Shown here: positions 22,201-34,200 of the stretch, piece by piece
How the letters are laid out: the number at the start of each line of letters is the position of its first letter
Position numbering within the stretch: position 1 is the first letter of the stretch
Source: Leucoraja ocellata
Lineage: Eukaryota
Reading direction: 5' to 3'
Assembly: GCA_036785375.1 (NCBI GenBank)
Contig: JAWMAR010000086.1
Location: forward strand, 3,410,001 to 3,474,000
Length of the DNA: 64,000 nt
Program-made: the position numbers and the translations under genes
The notes under the pieces: generated by a model
What the model saw: the letters and a program-made list of their open reading frames with translations, nothing else
Databases searched by the model: none
Told to the model about the DNA's origin: nothing

Positions 22201-25200
22201 AGAGGGTAATACAGCAGAAGGTAAGGGTTGCATTCACAAAAGGTTCCGAACCACACTTCCTGGGTGAATTGGAATACTTTTCGTACCTTACTCACACCTA
22301 TTACTGTGCAAACTTTAAGAGTACCTTATCAGACACTAACCTGCAGAAGGATTGTTACTTTGCACTTAACCTTTGAAATTGATGTGGTAAAATCTACCCA
22401 CCTCTGAGAAGTCCCCATCCTCTGCAGCTGATATTGCATTTTGTGCAATGTAATTTCTCAGGATAAATTTGGGGTTGTTTGCATTCATCACCTTCACACG
22501 TTCAGCTTTTAGTTCAGCAACATCATCCACACCTTCTGCTTCATTCTCCAAACGAGACCTGAAAGGGACCAAAAACAAATACCTACATCTTTTCAGATAT
22601 AAAACATTTTGAAAGTTCAAAGATGAACACCAATAATTAACAGCACAGAATCTAACCCTTAGAAATACATATTAAAACTTTCTGTCATTACCTGAAAACA
22701 TCGGACTGGCTGCGGAGGCCACAATAGGCCAGAAGGAATAGGGTGAACAGTGGATGGGACTGGACTTTGCTGCCTTCCCCCACAGTGGGAACCATTGTAG
22801 GGTGGCGTTTTTATGTCTATTGTTAAATTCTTTAATGTTGTGTCTTATCTTTATTCGTGTGCTGCAATGGCAAATCGAATTTCACTACACCATTTGGTGT
22901 ATGTGATAATAAATGTCCTTTGTATCCTTTGTTTCTATAAGATCCCCTCGTCCATCTAAATTCCAGTGAATACAAGCAAGTTCGACCCATTCTTTCATAT
23001 GTCAGTCCCGTCATCCCTGGAATTAACCTGGTGAACCTACGCTGCACTCCTTCAATAGCAATAATGTCTTTCCTCAAATTAGGAGCCCAAAATTGCACAC
23101 ACTACTCCAAGTACAACTGCAGAAGGACCTCCTTGCTCCTAAATTCAAATCGTCTCACAATGAAAGCCAACATGCATTAGCTTTCTTCACTGCTGCTGTA
23201 CCTGCATGCTTACTTTCAGTGACTGTTGTCCACTTGGCCCATAACTCTCCAAACCTTTCCTATCCATGCCCCTGTCTTAAGCATCTTTTAAAAGTGGTAA
23301 TTATACCACTTCTGGGAACTCGTTCCATGTATGCATCACTCCTACCACGTAAGTTGCCCCTCAGGTGCCTTTTAAATCATCCCATTCATTAACCTGTAGC
23401 CTCTATTAGAGAAAAAAAATTGGTTGTTCACTGTATCCAAGCAATTCATCATTCTATACCACTCTTACCCTTCAGCCTCCTAGGATCCAGGAAAAAGACC
23501 CAGCTTTTCCAACCTCTCCTTATCACTCATATCCTTCCACCTGCCATATGTTTATTTAAATCTTAAGAAATCTATTTCAACTTCAGATTTTTGTCTGTTG
23601 CAGCTTCGAACCTGTACTTCTGCAGCCAGTCAGTCCATGCTTTCTTGAGTTTGCTCAGTAGCTCTTCTGTTGTCATCTGCTGGAGCTCGGAGAAGCGCTC
23701 TATGCGATCCATCTCTATAGCAACTCCTCGTTTGTCTCCAATCAGTTCAAAGAGTTGTGGGTTGGATTGAGACAGGGCCAGCAATATGGACAGCTGCCTG
23801 AGTGGACAACCAGGACATGATCATAATCTAGCTCACAGTGCCTTAAAAAATATATGTACATAAAAACAGACAAATTACTGTGCATGAAACACAACACAGG
23901 CAGGAGGCAGGGCAACAGCGGTGCTGAAACAATTAAAAAACACGCCAACACACTCAGCTGGTTAGACAGCATCTGTGGAGAGACAATAAAAGTTAACCTT
24001 TTAGGTTAATGATCTTTCATCAGAACTGAAAAAGTGAGAAAACAAGTGCTCTTTAAACTAAAGGGGGGGGGGGGAAGGATGTGTAATTGGGAGAGTAGCG
24101 CCAGCAATGGCTGCCTCGCCAACAGTCTGTCTGTCCTTTCTTCTGTTTTGTTATTTTAAGTATGTGTTAAAGAGTATGCTTTCGTGTTCCTTGATTTGTT
24201 TGATGTGGGGGGTGGGGGGGACTTGCCATCGTGGAGCTTGCGATCCCTTTGCCGGGGATCGACTGTGGAAAGCTCCAACCGCGGGCCTGTGGACTTTAAC
24301 ATCGTGGAGCCCGCGGTCCCCGGTTAGAGACCGATTCGGGAACTCCAAGCCACGGAGAGTTTCAACCGTCTCGACGCGGGAGTTTCGATAACCCCGACAC
24401 TAGCGCTTCGGATCGCCGGCTGCGGGAGCATTGATCGCCCCGACCGTGGGAGAATAAAGAGGGAGAAAATTGGACTTTATTACCTTCCATCACAGTGAGG
24501 AATGTGGGGAGCCGCTGTGGTGGATGTTTATGAAAACTTTTATTTTATGTGGCTGTGTGTCTTTTTGCTTTTCACTTAATATGGCTGTATGGTAACTCAA
24601 ATTTCACTGTACCTTAATTAGTACATGTGACAATAAACTGACCTTGAATAGGTGTAATAGGGAGAAGCATAATTTTGTACTATACACACAAATATTTTCA
24701 ATGTTGGCAGCTGGAAAGAGAAATAAAAATATTGGCAGGCTGCTGAAAATAACAAGCAGATAGGCTGTATCCATGGAGATAAAAAAAAACCTTAGTTAAT
24801 GTTCGAGATGGATGACCTCGCATCAGAACAGACTAGTTAATGGAAATTGCTGAATTCGGTAGAATTATAAAATTTACAAAAAAAGGTCTGAAGAAGGGTC
24901 CCGACCCTCAACGTCACTCATCCATGTTCCACAGAGATTCTGCTTGACCCACTGAGTTACTCCAGCACTTTGTGTTCTTTGCTGAATTCAATGGTCTGGA
25001 AGCTTGCAACATGCAGCAATGGAAAATGCAGTGCTGCTCCTTGATTTTATGTTGTACACCAGTGGAAAAGTGTAAGTTGCCAGAATCACACATCTGGACT
25101 GAACATATAGTGATCATCCACTCTGTGCTTGATTTCTCCAATGAAAAATAAACTGCATTGTGACCACCAAATGCAAAACATGGCAGTAGAAAATTCCAGT

Positions 25201-28200
25201 CCTCTGTCACTTTCATTCCCCATCCCTCTCTGATAACTCCATTTTCGATTTCCCTGAGTTCTATGACACTGAACCTGCGCTTGAGGAACAGCACCTTTTC
25301 TCCCATTTATGCATGTTACAGGCATCAGGACTCAATGTTAAATTCAACAATTTCATCTAACCTTTCCAATTTGTATTAGATCTGGCCAGCTCATGCAAGG
25401 TCATCTACCTCAAACATTAGCTTGATTTTTCCGTTTTGGTTTCAGATTTGCAACAACTAAATTCTTGTGCTTCAATAACCACTGTGCTGCATGGACGGAA
25501 TTAATTGTATATTTTTACAAAGCAATATTCTATTAATTGCTTTTATAACATAGAGTAAATTAAAAAAAAACAACTAATAAATCACCTAAGTAAAATTTTA
25601 ATTAAATGCTCATACACAACTTTCCCTTAATATAAAAAACTATGACAAAGCACTACACTTTCTTACCGTGGATCCATACTTGGTGTGAATGCTAATTTCA
25701 GCTCTTCTAGTGATGCACACTGTTCAATCAATTTTGCAAGAAATTCTGCAAATGTGAAAGAAGTGGACGATCCAGGAATTGGAAAATCACTAAGTAAACG
25801 GAAGGAGTTTGTAAAATCTGCACCTGAATGGAGCAAAGAGATGTAATTTAAAATGTGCTTGCATTTCTAGCTCATTTAATTTGCAGTCTTCTCTGTACAG
25901 ATATGGCATTAAGCATATGTCTAGATTTTGTGGTTGTAATTGTGAAAGTCGGAAAGTTCCACGTATGATACGAATTACTGAATACTGAATTACTGTTGGT
26001 GACTTAGCAATAAGCACTTAGATTGCTGCTGTGAATTTACAAAATAGCATCATTGTAAAATAGCGTGAAGAGTCAAGCTTTGTGATAAAGAGATGCAAGC
26101 AAGCTTTCAAAATAATCTACAATTAATTGTTAAAGTCCTTCGACCTAATATCCAATTGTATTGGAATTGGATTAAGATTAACACAGATTTTTTTTTTTTT
26201 TTTTAATAGATCTAAAAGTATTTTGTGATGATTATTTGGTATTTGCACGTTTCAATCTTTAGTTTATAGCGTGCTTATCACTTCCCGTATACATTTTGGG
26301 AATATTTCAGTGGGATTCACCACCGCTAATTTATAATCACATTTGTATACTCTGGTTCCTCAGAACCATTACCTGACAGCAACTGGAATTATAAAAGAGA
26401 TGGTGCATGCACAGACAACACAAGATCTTTTGGGGACAACTTTCTTTATGGCTGGTGGTAAACGCAAATTCCACCATGTAAAAAATACCAATTATATTTA
26501 ATCTGGGTGTATTTAGCACTGGCATTTCAGATATTACTCTAGCACCCATGGATGAATGGCATATTTAAAATCAAACCTCCCCCACCCTGTCAAATCTCCC
26601 GTTCTCTACTTCACTACACCTATTTGTCGCTTAACGAGGAGATAAAAAAGGTGCACGGAATTACGTAGAATGATAGCAGGTTTTTTTTTTAAGGAATGGT
26701 TAGAAAGGGAAAATAGAATAAAGAATGAGGAGCAGTTTGTAAATAATCTTGGATATAGGCTTTGAGGATGCATATAAAAATTTCAGAGGCATGGTTAATT
26801 CTATAGGAAGCATAAAACTATCCTACAAACCTGTTGAATGGAAAACATGCAATAGATCAGAAACTAACGCTTCATCCTCTGCCTTCTCACATCTAAGTAG
26901 ACCCAATTTTTTCCTCATCTTTTGCAGGAAGTGTTGGTCAAACTCTGAATTAAATTCCTCTTCAATGATAGACTGACCCACTTCCAGGGTAAGCTCAGGA
27001 ACCAGGACTTCTGCCAGTTTGCCCAGATTCCATTTACAGATTTCAGGTTGTCGGTTATAAGCATAACGGCCTCTGTTATCAGAAGCATTACATACAAAAT
27101 CCGGATCAAACCTTGAATGGTTGGAGGAAGAAATGTATCATTATACTGATCATGGCTCATGCAATCTTTGCAATAAAATAGATTACTTGAATTTGATTAT
27201 CTATGACCTTATCTACATTATTTGTACATTGAAAAGCAGCACTTCTGCAAGTAAAATAAAGCAATATGTGGCTGCCAAATAAAAATCACATGCAACCTAC
27301 TGCAAAGCCTAAGAAAATGTTGTTCTTTGTATTAATTAAACAATAAAAAAAAGAACACTTTTCATTTCTACAATGCAGCCAAATTACCCAAAGTGCTTAA
27401 CAAGAGCACTTTTACTTAGCAAGGATACCAAGCAATTCCAGATCTTAATAAGTGAGACAAAGTTAAATTCTTTCAGCGATGATCCACAATGTGCATCAGT
27501 CCCGACCACAGACTAACACTCATTGCCCAAAATATTCCAGTATTGTTAGGTAAATTATTGTCACAGAGCAAGATCACAAATCAGTGCCAGGTTAAGAAAC
27601 CCAAGATCACTCGGAATTGAGTTCAGCTACTCCAACTAAAAGTCAAGCTTTTAATAGAATGGCGCAAAGTTATGTGCTTTACATCAGAGGCAAGATAGTT
27701 AATAGATAATCTGATATAAATTTAAAAGGTAATAAAATATAACGGATAAAATAAATTTCAATAGAGGGTTAGATTTAGCTCTTAGGGCTAAAGTAATCAA
27801 GGGATATTGGGAAATAGCAGGAACGGATTACTGATTTTGGATGATCAGCCATGATCATATTGAATGGTGGTGCTGGGTTGAAGGACCGAATGGGCGACTC
27901 CTGCACCTATTTTCTATGTTTCTATGATGATAAATTGCATCTATTGGTTAGTCAGATAAGTCAAGATCACAAAAACAGGAAAATTAGAATGTAGACAGCC
28001 TATTGCAAGCTATTATTGAAGCATTAAATAAAATCCTTTGTATTATTAAATATACAACGGAGATAACAAAAAAATTGAAATCGATGTGAATAACATGGAT
28101 AAGAATACTAGCATGAAAGGGACAATTTCTCATTGCTATGAATGATTCCAATGCAGATTTATCAGTTCATTACAGATATCATCCAGTTAATTAATAGCAC

Positions 28201-31200
28201 AAACTGCAAAACATACAAGTTCAGTGAATTGTTAGAATGGTCCTCATAAAATACATAAACCAATTTAAGAATGATATTGTAAACAAGTTTAACAAATAGA
28301 TTAAATACTACAATTGAGTCAAATTTGTTTTCGCATTTTTAATTAGCATGAATTAAGAGTTGCCTTCTAAATTGGCAGTCTTTTGATCTGGTATTGATCA
28401 TAATTAGAACAACAATGTATGGAGGTATTCCATAAGGTATCCAGCACAAGATTCATATATAAAAAAAGTTAACTGCTGAGTTGAAAAGTTGCCGTCATAC
28501 AGATTTCATGCTTTGATTCAGAAGAAATGGGTGGTTGCTTGCAGAAGTTTTTTTTTGTTGGGCACACTCAATATATCCGACGGAACAAGAATTAGACAAC
28601 TATACCAACCTTTCTTCAGCATTACATGTCTACAATCCAGTATACAACATCACTCAACTAGAATTTACTAAAGCTCTAAGAGCATTTTGTTTCTAAAACC
28701 ACAAGGTTGAAACAAACCAGTTTTGTGTGGGTCCAGTAAATGGCCAAATAAAATTATTGACTAGGTAAATTTTGATTTTTAGCTGATGTAAATCCGAAGG
28801 ATCAGAACTTAACATACGTTTTCATTAATAATCCAATTTCAGTGACACATAATCAATGATAATATGTGCAAGAAAAAACAAACCTGCAAAAAAAACCCTG
28901 AAATTATGTGTTGACATAATATTAAAGGTACTGAAATTTTAAAGGCACTAAACAGCCTGAAATCCCTCAGAAATTCCTTCACCCAGCTAAAGAAAAAGCA
29001 GCACGAGGCAAAAAGATAAATAAAGCAGCAGACAAATTCAAAACCAAGGGAAAAATATCGGCAGATGCTAAACACGTGTAATAAAAACTGAAAATGCTGA
29101 AAACACTTAGCATGTCAGGCAGCATCAGGGGAAGGAGAAACAACATTAATGTTTCATGTCTGTGACTTCTGAACTGGGAAAAAATTAAGATTCATTTTCA
29201 TTATGAAAACAAGTTCAATGAAACAAAGTTAATAACCAGAAGTACAAGAGAAAATGAACATGCAGTTCTAACTAAGGGTCGCCCATCTAAAGTCAACTCT
29301 GTTACTCTTTCCGTAATTAGAATGTTTTCAGCATTTTCTGTTATTTAATAACCTCATTGCAAGCCATCATTAATATTAATGTGGCATGCCATAAAACGCA
29401 GAGGAAACAACTTGTTATACTCAACACTATGGTTTATTTGGCAACAATATTTAGATAAAATTATCACCATAAAACTATAAATAATTTCCAGTTACATTCA
29501 AAATCTATATACCTGTCCATAAAGCCAAAAGGTCCATAGTCGATGGTAAGTCCTACAATGCTCATGTTGTCTGTGTTTAGTACACCATGACAAAACCCAA
29601 CACACTGCCATTCAGCAACCAGCCGGGCTGTCCTCTTGGTTACCTGTAGATTTAGAAACATAGATGAGTGGGAATGGCAGCAGGCCATTCAGGCCTTCGA
29701 GCCTGCTCCACCATTCAATACCATCATGCCCGATTCTCAGTATGGACACCAAATTCCCAGTCTCTCTAAAATCCCTCGATATGTTTTATGCTGTTGAAAA
29801 TTTGTTTTATCACCATAAATATGTTCAACATCTTAGCCTCCTCCAGTGGTATAGAATTCCATTTGTAAACTAGCCTCTGGATGAATAGCTTTTATGCCTA
29901 CATATATTATCCCACATCCTGAGACTATAACCCTCTCCCTCACTCCATTCACCAACCCCACTCCATTCCACCCCACCCCTATTCCATTACTCCCCCATTA
30001 GCTCTAGACCTGACCCCAGCCAGCACATTTTTTTTCTTTATATAAAATTTTGAAAAGTACCCCATTTCTACGAATTTAGTTGCCAGTGTGCGTTTAGTAT
30101 TGGTTAAGGGAAATGCATCCTCACACCAATTAAAGGAATCAAACACTTAAGCATCTGCATTTCCTGCTTCCAATAAAACATCAGTCAGAGGTGTTAAATG
30201 CGCCAAAGCTTGTCATGTGATCAGGGTCACCCAGCCTGCAAGATTGCTATACACCATTACTACTTGTCTTCTTCATTGATAACAGAATTTGAATTGTGTG
30301 TTTTTTTTTTGCCCTGAACTCAGGTCCATTCAAGCAGAGACTCTCCAGAACTTAATTTTGCATTCATTTTCATTTTGCTTAACTACCTCATATGAAGAGC
30401 CTCAATTTATGCTGACCACACCTTGAAAAAACAATCTAAATAAGGTAAGAAGAACCTTATTTAGATTGTTTTTTCAAGGTGTTGTCAGCATAAATTGAGG
30501 CTCTTCATAGGACTCCATTTATTTGGTTAATCTTGTCTAGCATTTTCTGCTGTCTCCAATATAGATTGTTGACTTTGTCAAGACACGAGACCCATGAGAA
30601 GGACAACGCATACCTCAAAGAGACAGCAAACATGTCCTTGTGCAGCCACTCTGACCTGGTCCAGTACAGATGATTAATTACTATTTGTCCTTTCCAGACT
30701 GCTCCCAAAATTTGCCTTTGTCGCAAGTGCCCATCACCATAAAAAATAATAAGATTAATCCAAGGCTAAATATTTCCTGTTATAAAATACAGCCAAAAAT
30801 TATCCCATGTATTTTTCTCTTAATGGGAAAACATGTCACTACATCTAAGATTTGCACGCAGCTCGTTAAACAATAATGTTCATTTTTCATTGAGTATTTT
30901 TCACATCTAATTTTAATATATGAAGTGGAGGAGTGGGTAAATAACTAGTTTTGAATGAACCTCAGGTGAGATCAATTAACGTGACCAAGAACCAAATTTG
31001 GAACCTTCCTGGCTTGCGAGATTTCAGATTTGAAATGTGCATGAAAATGAACATTTTTGCATGGTCACAATTTCAAAATATATAGCAGTAAAACAAACTT
31101 GTATTCTCTTTGAATGTTATGTTGCAACAAACAAGGTAATTAAGAAAAGCTGACAAGTTCTTACTTCTCTGAAGAAAGCAGCATTCCTCTGTGCCTTGTC

Positions 31201-34200
31201 CTTAGGGTGTGCTTGCTGAATTTCTGGATAGAATGTCCCAATGACATAGTCAAGCATTTGTATTTTAATATCATTTCTACCAGAACTAGGTCCCCTTCGA
31301 CCTGTCTGCTCGTCCACATCTTTAAAGATCTCAAAAGATCCAAATCTAATTTAATTAAACAGGATGTATTAATAAATAGTTCATGAAATAAGACTAAAAT
31401 ATATATTTGTAAAGCTCTAAAAGTTTGCACAGATCATATCTAAAATGGAAATACCGTAGAAATGTAGGAGCAACACGGAGGACAATAGTGCATCTTTCAT
31501 ATTTTGGATGCCCATCATAGAATACATCCCTGATTACTTTAGAATCGGATGTTACACAAGTTCCCCCTCGTGTTGTCGGTATTCCAAGATGATGCATGGC
31601 CTCACTGCAGAGAAATTCTCTAATGCTGGAGCGAAGCACTTTTCGACCATCTGATTGCCTGCAAATGTGAACATAGCACACAACATTATGAACTGTACAA
31701 ATATATACTTAATCCAAGATTACTGCATACTATGCTATGTACTATACATCACCACAGAAAACTGAACTATATTTGCATTTAAATGGAAGAGTAATATGTA
31801 CTATACTTCTCCCCATTAACGTTGAACAAAGCATAATCAAAAAGAATTAGATTAAGAACCAAATTAAATATTAGGATGCATGACTCCAAGTTAGTGTTGA
31901 AAACGTGCGTTTTATCAACAGTTGATTGTATGTGAGAGGAAACAGAAGAGATGGTGGGGGTTTGGTTTGGAAGGAGCTGTCGGGAATACACATTACAGCC
32001 ACAGTGCCGCTATGGCAGAGGCAATGAATGTTTAGATGAGAGATGGGGAAATCAACAAAGCAGATTGATTTGTCCTGGGTGCTGGACTACTTGATGTGTT
32101 GGAGCTATACTCAGAGACACATAGAAAATATTCCATCGTGCTTCTGTGAGATGCCTTGCAGGAGATGTCAAGATACTCAGACTTACTTTTGTTTCCACAG
32201 TATTTCTGGTCAATATTGCAGTTGATAACTGGGTACGTGTCAGAATAATTACATTGAATACTGCAGATATATGGTTCATTTCTCTCTAGTTGGGGATACA
32301 CATTACCTGGCAAGTTACTTGGCACTAATTGGCCCATGCTTAAATGTTATCTAGGGTCTTGTTGAAATGCTTTATTTGCTTTGGACTTGCATAAATGCCA
32401 GCACTAGCTTTTCCTTGGTGTGACTGGTGCCAGAGGAAGCACCCAGGCTAGTGGCCTACTTGCAAGCAATTATTGAGCTCCTGGGCCTGGTGTTCTACAG
32501 TAACAGATGAAATCAGTTAAACTAGACTATGAGAGGGCCTGAGGTGCAGCAGTTCAGTGAGCCTGGCTCAATCCTGATCTCAAGCTCTCTCTGTGCACCT
32601 TCTCCCTGTGACTGCGTGTGTGTCACTTGACAGCCTAAATTTCCTGCTCTGTCTAATACTCGTCCTGAGAATTATGCTAGTGCAGGTGGATGGCAGGACA
32701 AATGGTTGGGTTGATGAGCATTTAAGAGAATAGGTTTCAGAGAAGTAAAACTCAACAACAATAGGATTGAGTTTCTGGGCATTGGCATAGACCTGATGGG
32801 CAAAATGGCCTTTTGCTGTGTCATAGTAACCAAAAAATGCAGGTCACTCAAGTCAGGTGCAAATTGGATTTTACAACCATCTTTTGTAGAATATTAAGAA
32901 GAATATATCAAGTTTCAAAAAACTCTTGCACTATAACTGCACTCCATCCATTTACATCAGTGCTTATCTAATGCAGTTACAAAATGTGCTCCCAAGATAT
33001 TGACACCAACAGTAACAATTGTCACAATATATACAAAGTAATGGAGGTTATGGAAACACCCTGAAAGTAAAGGGGAGGGTTATAGGATCTTTTATGGTTG
33101 AAAACTATAATGTAAACAGATACAGGGCAGGAAAAAAAGGTGGGGATTCACCTTCCACTGAATAACCCACAGGGCCGACAAGTTAAAACACAGGGTGGAA
33201 GCCCACAAATAAAGGGATTAGCTTTGGTTTATTATTGTTTCGTGTGTTCACTGAAACAGCAATAGTGAAAAACTCATTGACGTGGTTTTCCATGCTGTCC
33301 AGGCAAATCATAACATGATTTACAACAGATAATTTAGAAAATAAACTAAGTGCAGATATAGGATTACAGCAGCAGACATTACGCAACGTCCACGATGAGG
33401 TAGATCGGGGATATATCTGTGGCTTACGAGACTCCGTGTGTCTACCCGATCTGTTCCTCTCATGATTTTATACAACTCTACAAGATCGCCCCTCATCCTC
33501 CTGTGCTCCAGGGGATAAAGTCATAGCCTGCTCAACTTCTCTCTATATCTCAGGCCCTTGAGTTCTGGCAACATCCTTGTAAATCTTCTTTGCTCCCTTT
33601 CCAGTTTAATAACATCTTTCCTATAACAGGGTTACCAAAACTGAACACAATACTCTGAATGTGGCCTCACCAACATCTTATATAAGTCCCATAACCTCCC
33701 AACTTCTACACTCAACACCCTGACTGATGAAGGCCAATGTCTCAAACCCCTTCTTGGCCACCCAATCTACTCGTAACTCCACTTTCAAGGAACTATGTAC
33801 CTTCCATCCTTGATCCCTCACCTCTACACTTCCCAGAGCCCTGCCATTCACTGTGTAGTACCTGCCCTGGTTAGACTTCAAAAAATGCAACACCTCCCAC
33901 TTCCCTGTGTTAAACTCCAGAATGAGGCAGGAATGTGGAAGAAAAGCAGATGATCACAGGGAAGAACTGGAGGAAGACAAGGAGGTATCCGGACAGGAAT
34001 CAGGGAGGAGGTGTCAGGACACGGAACAGGAGGAGACAGAGATCAGAAAACAGGCAGAAGGATCAGGACATTGATGCATGTGAAGGTCTGAAAATGGCTC
34101 ATGGATCAGGAGGAGGGATCTGGGATCAGGACAGGTATCAGACAAAGGGATCATAGAGCAGGCAGAGGCATCAGGGAACAGGCATATGCATCAGGGAGCA

